DNA of 64,000 nt, taken from positions 3,600 to 67,599 of the forward strand of contig CALMKH010000249.1 of the NCBI GenBank assembly GCA_937867025.1, in the 5' to 3' direction. How positions within the stretch are numbered: the first letter of the stretch is position 1; each line of letters opens with the position of its first letter. Shown piece by piece: positions 32,182 to 42,700 of this stretch. Made by a program: the position numbers and the translations under genes. The notes under the pieces were generated by a model. That model did no database searches. It had not been told where the DNA came from and saw only the letters and a program-made list of their open reading frames with translations. This DNA is from an uncultured Bacteroidota bacterium. Its GTDB lineage: Bacteria; Bacteroidota; Bacteroidia; NS11-12g; UBA955.

Positions 32182-32832
32182 TTGAATTCGCTTTTTAAAG
32201 ATAAAAAAGTTTCTCTACGCTGCCATCTTGTCCTGGCTGTACTCGTTTTACCATATGTGCTTCTATATGAAAAAGGGGTGTCCCTGCGCTTTATCAACAG
32301 CCATTTTACCCCGGAGCTGGACATCATTATGTACCATATCACGCGGCTTCCTGAGCTGGCCTATATCATTTTCGTCATTATCCTGGGCCTGTTTACGGAA
32401 AAAAGAATGTTTTTGACCATCATCGTGGCCATGGGAATCAGCGGACTTTTGATCTTTCTGTTCAAACATCACCTGTTCGCCGATTTTAACAGGCCTTATT
32501 TCTGGCTGAACAGTGAAAAAATCCCTTTCCATCATGTCCAAGGCATACGCCTGCATTCCAACAACAGTTTCCCGTCGGGACACACAATGGCGGCTTTCTC
32601 ATCACTGGCTCTTATAGGTTTTGTGAGCAGGAGCGGCTGGACACAGTTCGGCCTTTTTCTGCTCGCCTGCGTTTCGGGCTATTCGCGCGTATATGTGGCG
32701 CAACACTACCTGATGGATGTATATGCTGGTGCCCTTATCGGTTTTGCAATCGCGCTGTTTTGCTACATATTGTTCCACAGTATGTTTAAAACACCTTTCT
32801 GGATGAGTCCAATCATACAATTCAAATCATGA
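32182..32832 (+). CDS. PAP2-family phosphatase (membrane)
   Basis: 216 aa. The PAP2 motifs are FPSGHTMAAF and SRVYVAQHYLMDV (SRx5Hx3D), with multiple TMs. The start is TTG. Confidence 0.85.
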   Translation: MNSLFKDKKVSLRCHLVLAVLVLPYVLLYEKGVSLRFINSHFTPELDIIMYHITRLPELAYIIFVIILGLFTEKRMFLTIIVAMGISGLLIFLFKHHLFADFNRPYFWLNSEKIPFHHVQGIRLHSNNSFPSGHTMAAFSSLALIGFVSRSGWTQFGLFLLACVSGYSRVYVAQHYLMDVYAGALIGFAIALFCYILFHSMFKTPFWMSPIIQFKS

Positions 32833-34565
32833 ACCAACAGGTTAATCCTTTCCATTATCTCTGGATAACCCTTGCGGGCGCCTTGCTTTTCCTGCCCGGC
32901 CTCGGATCAGTTCACCTGTTTGACTGGGATGAGATCAACTTCGCGGAATCTGCACGTGAAATGCTTGTCACCGGTAATTATTCGCAGGTGCAGGTGAATT
33001 TCCAGCCTTTCTGGGAAAAACCTCCCCTGTTCATATGGATGCAAGCCCTGAGCATGAAGATATTCGGCGTGAATGAATTCGCCGCGCGTTTTCCGAATGC
33101 TGTCTTCGGTATTCTCACCCTTTGCGTGATATACAGGATTGGCAGGACCACCTTTAAAGGTCATCTTGCCCACTGGTGGGTACTGGGTTACCTGGGTTCC
33201 ATCACTCCTCATTTTTATTTCAAGACAGGACTTATCGACCCGGTATTCAATTTTTTTATTTTCATGGGCATTTATGAATTTTATAAAGTCATAATGCTTA
33301 ACAGTCCTTCCTACAATGCCAACCGGCATTTTCTTCTGGCAGGAGTTTACACGGGCATAGCCATTCTATGCAAAGGACCGGTAGCATTGCTGGTCAGCCT
33401 GCTCGTGCTATTTGCAATGGTATTTGCCAAACGCATGACCTGGTTCTTTAATTTCCGCGACCTGCTGATCTACCTGTTCACCACAGCACTTGTCAGCTGT
33501 ATCTGGTTTATTCCGGAAAGCATCAAAAACGGACCGTATTTCATCGTTGAATTCCTGGAATACCAGCTAGGCCTTTTTTCACAGAATGTGGCAGGTCATG
33601 AACAGCCGTTCTTTTATCACCCTGTCGTATTGCTGATAGGATGTTTCCCTATTTCCATCATTGCCATTGCGGGATGGAAAAAAAATGAGTTTTATTCATA
33701 CAACGAAAACCTGTTCCGCACCACGATGCAATGCCTTTTCTGGGTGGTGCTGATACTGTTCTCCATTGTAAGGACCAAGATCGTACATTACTCGTCCCTC
33801 TGCTGGCTGCCGCTTACCTTTATGGGAGCTTACGCCATCGAGAGTTTTAACAGCGGCGTGTTCAGGTTCAGGTGGTATTACAAGATGAGCGTCATTGTTC
33901 TGGGCGCCCTCATAGCAACAGCACTTATACTTTTTCCCATATGGATGACCTATTACCGGTCGTGGTTTGTAAGCTTGATAGCAGATGACTTTTCAAAAGC
34001 CAATTTTTCTGCGGATATCGGCTGGGGGCTTGGGGATATCCTGCCGGGAACATTCCTGCTGCTGGTCTTGGCCATATACGCATATAACCTGTTCAGAGGC
34101 CGGCCAATCATGACATTCGGCTCACTGCTTCTTGGAAACATTATCGTTATCTCGCTCACCGCGCTGATGCTTGTACCCAAGATAGAACAGCATACACAGG
34201 GTGCTGCAGTAGAATTCTTCAAGGCGCGCAGGAATGAACAGTGTTATATCTTTCATACCGGTTACAAAAGTTATGCACCATATTTCTATGCACAGATCCA
34301 ACCGCTTAAGGCAAACGATGGCATGTACCGGCTCAACAAGGACTATTTCGACAAAAAACAAGTCAGGTCGTTCCTGCAGCTGAGCGAAGAAGAACGGGCC
34401 GAGCTTGACGACCTGCAAAAAGACTGGCTAATCCGGGGGAATATTGACCGTCCTGCATATTTCATAGCCAAAACCAACGACCGCGAAGGCCTTGATACAT
34501 GCAAAACACTACTGCAGCTTTGGGACAAGAACGGGTTTGTAACGTATAAGAGAATGGAGAATTAG
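32829..34565 (+). CDS. GT-C fold glycosyltransferase (family 39/83, ArnT / PMT-like)
   Basis: 578 aa and polytopic. The ArnT-like N-terminus is HLFDWDEINFAESAREMLVTGNY...FWEKPPLFIWMQA...RFPNAVFGILT. The ATGA start overlaps the PAP2 stop. Confidence 0.85.
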   Translation: MNQQVNPFHYLWITLAGALLFLPGLGSVHLFDWDEINFAESAREMLVTGNYSQVQVNFQPFWEKPPLFIWMQALSMKIFGVNEFAARFPNAVFGILTLCVIYRIGRTTFKGHLAHWWVLGYLGSITPHFYFKTGLIDPVFNFFIFMGIYEFYKVIMLNSPSYNANRHFLLAGVYTGIAILCKGPVALLVSLLVLFAMVFAKRMTWFFNFRDLLIYLFTTALVSCIWFIPESIKNGPYFIVEFLEYQLGLFSQNVAGHEQPFFYHPVVLLIGCFPISIIAIAGWKKNEFYSYNENLFRTTMQCLFWVVLILFSIVRTKIVHYSSLCWLPLTFMGAYAIESFNSGVFRFRWYYKMSVIVLGALIATALILFPIWMTYYRSWFVSLIADDFSKANFSADIGWGLGDILPGTFLLLVLAIYAYNLFRGRPIMTFGSLLLGNIIVISLTALMLVPKIEQHTQGAAVEFFKARRNEQCYIFHTGYKSYAPYFYAQIQPLKANDGMYRLNKDYFDKKQVRSFLQLSEEERAELDDLQKDWLIRGNIDRPAYFIAKTNDREGLDTCKTLLQLWDKNGFVTYKRMEN

Positions 34566-34641
34566 TCCATAGACACCTGTTACCTGCAGCCAGCAATTGG
34601 AACTATTCGCGCCTGACGATCCCGGAGAGGGAACTTTACCT

Positions 34642-35088
34642 TTATTCTATATCCGGGTACTGAGATTTGTCCGTTTGCCTGGCGAATTTGCGCCCTTCAA
34701 GTTTTTCTATGGCTTGTACGACCTGGTCCGTTAAAGGTGTTTTCCCATCCTTGTCATAGTCATATGCCACAATCACATCAGACGCCTCCACAAGTACTTC
34801 CTTATGCTGGTTATAGATGACGTGGTCGATCTGGAAGCTGGTATTCTTTATCCATGATACGTGCGACTCAACCCTTAACTGTCCCGGGAACAGCACTTTC
34901 TTTTTGTACAGCACATTGGTGGCAGCAACGATAAAGCCCGGTTTGCTGCGATCGTTCAGCGTATCCATTCCTATCTGTCCGCAATACTGAATCCTGGCAC
35001 CCTGCACATATTTGCATATCATGACATTATTGACATGGCCATACAGGTCGAGTTCACTCCAGTCGATGCGGATGCTGAGTTCTGACAT
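34642..35088 (-). CDS. Acyl-CoA thioesterase (hotdog fold, 4HBT / YbgC-like)
   Basis: 148 aa. RIDWSELDLYGHVNNVMICKYVQGARIQY is a typical 4HBT N-terminal motif. Confidence 0.75.
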   Translation of the reverse strand: MSELSIRIDWSELDLYGHVNNVMICKYVQGARIQYCGQIGMDTLNDRSKPGFIVAATNVLYKKKVLFPGQLRVESHVSWIKNTSFQIDHVIYNQHKEVLVEASDVIVAYDYDKDGKTPLTDQVVQAIEKLEGRKFARQTDKSQYPDIE

Positions 35089-35187
35089 ATGGTCTGCAAT
35101 TAAACGATTTTACAGAGCAAATACAAATCGGCAGCAGTGATATTGATTAGAAACTGCCTCAAAGCCCTCATTGAATTTTGCAGATGT

Positions 35188-36117
35188 TCAGTTTTGTGAT
35201 GCGGTAAAGGCCTTCAGTATCCTATCGTAAACAGGTGTTTCAATATTCAGGGAATCTCCAAGATCACAAATATATTTTGTCAGCGACCTGTATTCTGTCT
35301 GTCCGCCCTTTTTGAAATCGCCATGCATCGAAGAGGTCGTTTCATACGGGAGGTGTTGCATTTTATCCCACACTTTTTCAAAGATGCCTTCGCCGAGATT
35401 AATACCGCTTGCCTTTGCCACAGTCAGAAATTCACTCAGCAGGCCTTTCAGCATATCCTTGTATTCTTCGTTTTCCATGATCTTGCCCACAGGCAGGTCG
35501 AGGTAACTTGTCAGACTCGCCAAAGCAGAAATAAAAAAGAACTTTTCCCAAACCACTTCTTTAATATGATCATGCACCGCAGCGTTGATACCCGCGGAAC
35601 TGAGTATGCGCTGCAACTTTTCAAGCCTTTCGCTGCTGATACCCTTTCCTCCAAAATGCAGGGCATGACTGTATCCCCCCACTTTTATCACTCCCGGCTC
35701 AAGGATACGCGCAACAATATAAATACACCCGTCAGCAACCTGCGCACGCGGAAACATTTCCCGTATATGTTCCACAGAATCAACCCCGTTCAGCAGGGGA
35801 AGGATAAGGGTTTTAGCTTGTATACATGGAGCCAGGGGCTGCAGGGCTGATACAATATCATAACTTTTGGTGCTGCATATCAGCACATCCAGCACACCGA
35901 TCTCCTCAGGATCAGCCGAAACCAGATGAGGATGCACGACAGTTTCATCTGTATCGACAATGATTTTCAAACCCCTGGAACGCAGAAGCTCAACTTTCCG
36001 GGGTCGGGGAATAAAAACAATTTCAATATCGTCTGAATTTGCGTAGGCTGCAGCCAGGCGCCCTCCTATAAAACCTCCCACGCCGCCGATACCCAGTATG
36101 CCTATCCTTGTTATCAT
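35188..36117 (-). CDS. panE: 2-dehydropantoate 2-reductase (ketopantoate reductase, ApbA/PanE family)
   Basis: 309 aa. It has a Rossmann ILGIGGVGGFIGGRLA, LLNGVDS, and a C-terminal ApbA_C-like STSSMHGDFKKGGQTEYRSL. Confidence 0.75.
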   Translation of the reverse strand: MITRIGILGIGGVGGFIGGRLAAAYANSDDIEIVFIPRPRKVELLRSRGLKIIVDTDETVVHPHLVSADPEEIGVLDVLICSTKSYDIVSALQPLAPCIQAKTLILPLLNGVDSVEHIREMFPRAQVADGCIYIVARILEPGVIKVGGYSHALHFGGKGISSERLEKLQRILSSAGINAAVHDHIKEVVWEKFFFISALASLTSYLDLPVGKIMENEEYKDMLKGLLSEFLTVAKASGINLGEGIFEKVWDKMQHLPYETTSSMHGDFKKGGQTEYRSLTKYICDLGDSLNIETPVYDRILKAFTASQN

Positions 36118-36247
36118 GTTCGGAAGGACAAAGGTACGACACCGGATTCCAATTTACAATGTACGCTTCCTGATTTGCGATGGGCAGCATACCATGAAAC
36201 GGGCTATTGACAGCGTTAAACAGAAGTATTGCAGAACCTTATGATTC

Positions 36248-39200
36248 TTAAAACACATACCGTGCTTCGGCCCTTCCGATATGAATGGTTTTAAACACCT
36301 GTGTTTTCCTGCCTTCGTATGAGAGATTAATCTGGATATTGTTCTTTGTCTTTCCTCCAAAACTGATGTTCCATGTAATATTATTCCCGTTGCTGAGACC
36401 GTTAAGTATATCAAAGGCCATCGGACTGTTGACATTGCCAAGAAAATTGATCTCATGCGTGGCAATTCTGGCATCTATGTTTCCCCTGTTAATAATAAAA
36501 TAACGGAAATCGAGACCGAACTCGCCGATGTAAGCCTGGTCGTTTCCATATTCAGGCGCATTGAATGCTTCTGTATACTTCCCGAATGTTCCTATCCGGA
36601 AACCTTTCTGGGTCTGGTAGAAAATTTCGGGATTGATAACCCTGGATTCATACTTGTAATTCCTGTTCTCGAAGAACTGGTTCCTGTTCTGCCTGGAATT
36701 CAACTCCCCGTTCAACACCATATTGATCGTCTTGGTCAGCGCCACACGCATGGTCATGCTGTGCTTGTCGGACTGTCTCCATTCAAACCCGCTGCTGAGG
36801 AATTGTTTTCCCTTATTGGTCTGTATATTGTGTTCCACGCCGAACCTGGCATTGGAGCGATTAAAAAAAGTCGTTTGTTTGATAAGGCTGTTGACCGCTA
36901 TAAGGGATGAGTCCGATACGTTCAGTTTGAACGGGTTGATGATGGTCTGCAACCTGTTGTCGGTGATCCTGCGGTCGGCCCTGTACGAAGTGACCGTGTT
37001 AAAACGGCTGACAAACCTTTTCACTTTTCCGAGGCTTTGCCAGCCCTGAGGCGCCTGCAGCCGGAATGCCTGGTTAAATTCATTGGTATTGCTCTTGATA
37101 AATTCATTGGTCGGCAGATATACCTGCACATATCTCGCCTGATCCTTGTATACCGCCAGTTCAAATTCGTTGACCTCCTCAATGCCGTTGCCGTTATAGT
37201 CAACCCAGACGTGCGTACCATTGCCTGCCTGTACAAGGGTAAAAGAAAACTGTCTTCTTTGTTCGCGGCCCGTACCGATCTGGTAGTAGGTTGAGCTTCC
37301 CAGGACTTTTTTGAAGAAGGTGGCGTTATATTCCACCCTGCCGAGTATCACCTTGTCATCGTTCTGACCGCCGGCCAGGTTGAGTTGCCTGAAAGAGCTC
37401 ACAAGATTAAGACGGTTGAGTTTTTTACCCACGTGTTCAAGGCTTCCGGACATATTGATACCAGTAGATGCAAAACTGAAATCACCACTGTCCGGCACAA
37501 AATCATCCCTCAGGGAAGCATCGAGTTTATACGACCATTTTTCATTGTTTAATCCCTGCATAAAAGCCGATACCTGGTGATATCTGAATGACGACAAACC
37601 GAGGTTTGTTGTGGTGTCGGTAAAGAACCTGCTCTCCTCCATGCCGGCATTCACACCGAATTTTATGCTTTCACGCGTGTACACGCTTTCCATAAAATAT
37701 TTTCTCGCCTGGTTCCTGTTCCCAACACCACTGCTTTTATCCGATATGAACACTTCCTCGCCATTGAACCCGGTGCTGAGCTCCTTGCCTGTAAACTTGT
37801 AATTGCCGTATGCCCTGTAGCCCTGGAATACCTTGCCTTTGTTGTAATTGGACACTTCGAGCAAAAGGCTGTGCTTATCCCTGAATATCCCTTGTGAACT
37901 GATGGTAGAGACCAGCTCATTTGCACGCGGGGTAAATGTGCCGCTGTTATTGATCTGGCGATTCCATATCCTGTTGAATTCAACAGCCCTGTAACGTTCC
38001 ACATAACTGAAGTTGCTGCTGATAAATTCCACCTTTACGCCGCTGCTTAACTTCAGGTCCCTGTATTGAAAATCCTTTTGCCTGGCGCTGAAGAACAAGC
38101 CCACGCCTTCGTCATTCCTTTTATCGAGAACACTGTAAGTATTCTGATTAAAATTAGAATAGGCTCCTTCTATCCCGATATCGAAGCGTTCACTGGCAAT
38201 ATAGCGGGTGGACGCCGTAAGCATCTGCATGCGTTTAGGCGGCACCAGGAGTACATACGGCACATAGTTTCCCTGCGGAATGCCATTGACAGGGGCCACC
38301 CAGGCAAACACACGACCATTGGCCGAACTGGCAACCTGAATATAATCCCCCTTGTTGGCTCCGACCAGTGAAAATGTCATGGTATAAAAAACCGTATCGG
38401 CATCCGGGGAGTTTGTATATACATAAATGGTATTTCCAAGTGAATCTATTTTGCGGTAGTTCACACGGTCGACCTGCAACTCGCTGAAGCGGCGTTCGAA
38501 CCGGTAAATAGCCGGATTATCGCCTGCATCTTCCAGTATGGTCCGGATAGAAGAGCTGTTGGAGGTATCGGTGGGTTGAAATTTGTTATCCTGCTCAGTA
38601 AAATAATTGACAATACTCAGCCATTTGTCCGTCCTCAATTCATTGCCGATTGTAAATACCGAACGTGAATAATTGCGGTCGCTGTACTGGAATTCGATGA
38701 CAATACGGTTGAATTTGGTAATAAGCCTGCGCGGCATGAACGTTATTTCCCCGGTATTGTAATCTATCACATAATCGTTCTGCTGGCCTCTTTCCAGCCG
38801 TTCACCGTCAAGATATACCACTTCGGTACCGGAAATGACAATGATATTCAGCTCCCCGTTGCTGCCCTGAAGCCGGTAAGGCCCCTGGTTGCCCTCTTGC
38901 CCCTGTATCTCGTTACGCACAAACCTTCCGCGTGAGACAGCCCCATTGGCGTGGAAATTATATTTCACTTTACCCCTGCTATTAAAATCAAACTGGGCTC
39001 CCCGCGATTTTTTATAATATTTCATAAAATAATTATGCGGGTTGGAGGTCATCAGGTGGTCTCCCACAGTAAGGGTGTTGCTGTCCTTGACTATTGAAAT
39101 AAACACCCAGTCAAAATCCTGTATCTGCTGGGTATTGCCCTGGGGCTGTATCGGGTTATTTTCATCACTCACGGCTGCAAGGATGGATACTCCTCTGCCC

Positions 39201-39703
39201 AGGTTGCCGTTCAGTTGCAGGTTCAGGTTGCTGTTAAGCACTACGTCCTGGTTATTGCCGAATCCCAGGCCACGGGCTATATTACCATTGACATTCAAGC
39301 CTTCCGAAAACAGATTGCCTGCGGTGCCGGATCTCTGGTCATAGGAATAATATCTCGGCATTTCAAAAAACGTGGGCTCAATCAGGTTTTCCGGCTTATG
39401 TGAAAATTTCGACAGCCTCCGGAATTCCAGGACGCGGTAATAAATATCGATTTCCTTCCCAAACAATGTGGAGTCGAACACCAGTTGCGACCTCCCGTAA
39501 TCCATGTAATACCCGCCGGACAACTTTTCTCCTTTAACATATACATCGACACTGCCGGTGATAATATGCAAAGTATCCAGGGTCAAGGTATCACCGCTGA
39601 CAACGACCCTTTTGAATCTGATGTTACCCGTTGATATTTGCGCCTCTGACGTGGTGCAGAATGAGAAGAAAATTAAAATCCATATGAATCTGATCCTTTT
39701 AAT
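36248..39703 (-). CDS. Large uncharacterised outer-membrane beta-barrel protein (~1150 aa); start uncertain (ATT 39703 proposed, first canonical start TTG 39586)
   Basis: The ORF is open from 39715 to the stop at 36248. The C-terminus ...GRAEARYVF has the OMP terminal-Phe signature, and an alternating beta-strand pattern runs throughout. The upstream in-frame extension encodes KRIRFIWILIFFSFCTTSEAQ (a signal peptide) but has no ATG/GTG/TTG. Confidence 0.6.
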   Translation of the reverse strand: MKRIRFIWILIFFSFCTTSEAQISTGNIRFKRVVVSGDTLTLDTLHIITGSVDVYVKGEKLSGGYYMDYGRSQLVFDSTLFGKEIDIYYRVLEFRRLSKFSHKPENLIEPTFFEMPRYYSYDQRSGTAGNLFSEGLNVNGNIARGLGFGNNQDVVLNSNLNLQLNGNLGRGVSILAAVSDENNPIQPQGNTQQIQDFDWVFISIVKDSNTLTVGDHLMTSNPHNYFMKYYKKSRGAQFDFNSRGKVKYNFHANGAVSRGRFVRNEIQGQEGNQGPYRLQGSNGELNIIVISGTEVVYLDGERLERGQQNDYVIDYNTGEITFMPRRLITKFNRIVIEFQYSDRNYSRSVFTIGNELRTDKWLSIVNYFTEQDNKFQPTDTSNSSSIRTILEDAGDNPAIYRFERRFSELQVDRVNYRKIDSLGNTIYVYTNSPDADTVFYTMTFSLVGANKGDYIQVASSANGRVFAWVAPVNGIPQGNYVPYVLLVPPKRMQMLTASTRYIASERFDIGIEGAYSNFNQNTYSVLDKRNDEGVGLFFSARQKDFQYRDLKLSSGVKVEFISSNFSYVERYRAVEFNRIWNRQINNSGTFTPRANELVSTISSQGIFRDKHSLLLEVSNYNKGKVFQGYRAYGNYKFTGKELSTGFNGEEVFISDKSSGVGNRNQARKYFMESVYTRESIKFGVNAGMEESRFFTDTTTNLGLSSFRYHQVSAFMQGLNNEKWSYKLDASLRDDFVPDSGDFSFASTGINMSGSLEHVGKKLNRLNLVSSFRQLNLAGGQNDDKVILGRVEYNATFFKKVLGSSTYYQIGTGREQRRQFSFTLVQAGNGTHVWVDYNGNGIEEVNEFELAVYKDQARYVQVYLPTNEFIKSNTNEFNQAFRLQAPQGWQSLGKVKRFVSRFNTVTSYRADRRITDNRLQTIINPFKLNVSDSSLIAVNSLIKQTTFFNRSNARFGVEHNIQTNKGKQFLSSGFEWRQSDKHSMTMRVALTKTINMVLNGELNSRQNRNQFFENRNYKYESRVINPEIFYQTQKGFRIGTFGKYTEAFNAPEYGNDQAYIGEFGLDFRYFIINRGNIDARIATHEINFLGNVNSPMAFDILNGLSNGNNITWNISFGGKTKNNIQINLSYEGRKTQVFKTIHIGRAEARYVF

Positions 39704-39705
39704 AG

Positions 39706-42700
39706 TTAAATGGGATTAACAACAGGTAAAGTAACGTAAAATGTAGCGCCTTTATTGGTTTCGCTTGTAAATGTGATACTTCCTTCGACTTGCTCCACGA
39801 TTTTCCTGCACATGGCCAAACCGAGTCCCATCCCGGAGTTCTTGGTGCTGAAATTGGGGGTGAACACCCTGTCCCTGACGCTTTCTTCGATGCCTTTGCC
39901 ATTGTCTTTGAAACTCACGGTGATGTAGCCGTTCTCCACCTTGGTGTCCACTTCGATAATACAGGTTTCATTATCCTTAACGGCCTGCTGCGAATTTTTC
40001 AGGATATTGGTAAACACCCGTTTCATCTGGTCCTTATCAATATGGACCAGCGTCTCCTTGTGCCTGGCGGGATAGATAATGGTAAGATCATGCTGTGATT
40101 TGAACAGGTTGATACATGAGATCAATACTTCATGAAGCGTGCAGGTTTCCAGGATGGCTACAGGCATTTTGGCAAACGAAGAGAATTCATCGGCCATTCG
40201 GCTAAGCTGATCGATCTGTTCAATAAGTATCTGACTGATATTAGCTATCTTTTCTTTTAATGATTCATCATTCCTGCCCATAGCCATTTGCAGGTGCTGC
40301 AGATGAAGCTTCATCGGCGTCAGGGGATTCTTGATCTCGTGAGCCACCTGTTTGGCCATCTCTCTCCAGGCCCCTTCCCTTTCGCTCTGGGCAAGCTTTT
40401 CCGTACTTATCTCAAGCTTTTTCAGCATGATATTATATTGTTCCACAAGCTGTCCGATCTCATCATTCCGGTTCCAGTCGATCTGTTTGTTCTGAGCGCC
40501 AAGCCTGATCCTGGCCAGGCTTTCTATCATCAGTTTCAGGGGCCTTACCAGGCTGCGGCCAATATAAGAAGCCATCAACAGGGATATCATGAGCAGCAGG
40601 GTGGAAATGTTGACAAGGCTGCCAAGGTAATTCGAAAATTCGTTCTTGAGGTCGAGTGATTTTGAAAAATACGGAAGATGCACATAACCGATCAGGTTCC
40701 TGTTCTCATCAAACACGGTATTGTAATACGACAGGTACTCCAGGTTGCCTATACGTTCCACTTGCTTGATGCTGTACTGTTTGTTCTGAATAAGCTCGTA
40801 ATGCGCCACAGGGTGGATAAGCGACGAGAACCATCCTTCATAATATATCCGGTTATTGGCCGTTTGATACAGCGTGCCGTCCTTGAGGTAAAGATTGATA
40901 TCCACCTCGTAGGTGTTGGCCAGGTGTTTAATAAGGTTCCTTATGGGACGCTCATCTTTCTTCTGATATCCGATTTCAATCTCTGTCGCAATCTGTGACA
41001 TCTTTTTGTCGAGCTGTTCATACTGTTTGATCTTGAAGCTGCGGTTCACATTCTGTACGGTAAAGTATATAACCACTGAACATATGAGAATAGCCAGTAG
41101 AAGGAACGAAAGCCTGATCTTTGTTTCGAGATACAGTTTGTTTAGGTTGACAATCCTCAGATATCTCGTAACCGTACCATATAACTTCAGTATGACAGGA
41201 TTAAACGTAAAAAGTCCGAACAGGAATACAGTCAGGTATATGAGTATAAAAACAATGGTAAGAATGCCGACAAAGAACAGCAGTATAAAGGTGAACACGC
41301 CGAAAACCCGGTCCCAGCTTGCGGCTTTAAGCGATACGATAATAAAGGTTTCGTTATCTATTTTCTTGAACAGCTGGGAGAAGCCATTCTGTTCAAAGAA
41401 GGAGGCATCCTCCATGGATTTATAGTCGATCTGGCCCGACAGCTTGAACGGGTAAGAACCTAGTCCCTTAATGAGCTCGTTCCTCTGGTAAACAGCGTAT
41501 GAATATTGGTTTTCCCTCAACTGGCTGTGTGTATTCGGGCTAAAGAAATAATCAAGATTATAAAGGTCGCTCTTTACCTTGGGAGTCAGCATCAGGAACA
41601 CATACCCAATGTTCCGGTCCTCAGGGCATATCTCATATTTGGCCAGGTAACCACCGAGATAGTGCAAATCCTTGATATACAGGAAATAATTGGTGATGCT
41701 CTTGTTTGTAGATTGATTATAGATGGAATTGATATAGTCGAATGTCAGGTTATTGGGCGTAATATCCATCCCCGAACTGTCATACCGCATGAAGTCTATA
41801 TCAAAATTCTTGATAAAATCATTAAAAAAAGTAAATTTATAGGTCAGCTCGAGTTCCTGGTAATCATTATACCTGTAATAGAAAAATGAATCGAACACAG
41901 CTGATTCTATCAGTTCCCTTTCAATGTCCAGCAATTTCAGCTCGCTTTCAAAATCTTCCTTGGTGATGAGCTTGTTTGCAAACACCTTCCTCAGCTCTTT
42001 TTCCTTTGAGCTGTTGATCTGCTCGAACTGAACGGATAAAAAAGCAGCAGTAAACGAGGCTGAGATCAATATCTGAGTAAATTTCACCTTTTCGGGGAAC
42101 AATATAAGAAAAGGAAGCAGCAGGCCGTAGGCTGAAAAGCATAACAGAAGGAAGCCATTCTCATTGTGCAGGAAATACATGGTCGATATAACCGCTGCAC
42201 AAACGGCGATATGTATAAAAACAAAACTCCTGTTCCTGAACCGGTTCTGGGCCAGTTGCGAAAAAATCCTATATCCTGCAATGATCCCTATATACATCAG
42301 GAAAACATTGAACATCCCTATAAGGGTGTAATTAGAGACATTTGTCAACGATTTGAAATCATAATTGATCTGGGAATTCAATATGAATTTCGGAAGCGCG
42401 TAAATGAATAAGACCGACGGCAGGGCCCAGCACATGATGGACACCAGGATACACACCAGCAGATTGTCTTTTGGCTTAAGGGAAAAATAAGCAATGGACT
42501 GGTGCAGGAAGACCAGGAAACTCAGCATGGCAAAAGAAAACAGAAGGCTGTGCCCCAAAGAGGGTATAAACTGCGAATATGCCGCAAGTTCTGGCGAGAA
42601 CAGGGAAGAATTCACCTGGTGCTTAAGTATGACCCCGAAGAATGACAAGGCACATACAATGAAAGTAAATGCGGAAACCTGGATGACAAATCTGCGCACA

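Noticed and set aside
36154-36474. A 106-aa minus-strand ORF overlapping the 3' end of the large OM protein gene.
   Set aside because: It lies out of frame inside and beyond a much longer, better-supported ORF, and no motif was recognised.
39624-39683. An alternative ATG (39683) upstream of the big OM protein gene, reading MDFNFLLILHHVRGANING*.
   Set aside because: It is in a different frame and stops after 19 codons. Using it would require a frameshift, and its product is less signal-peptide-like than the in-frame KRIRFIWILIFFSFCTTSEAQ reading.
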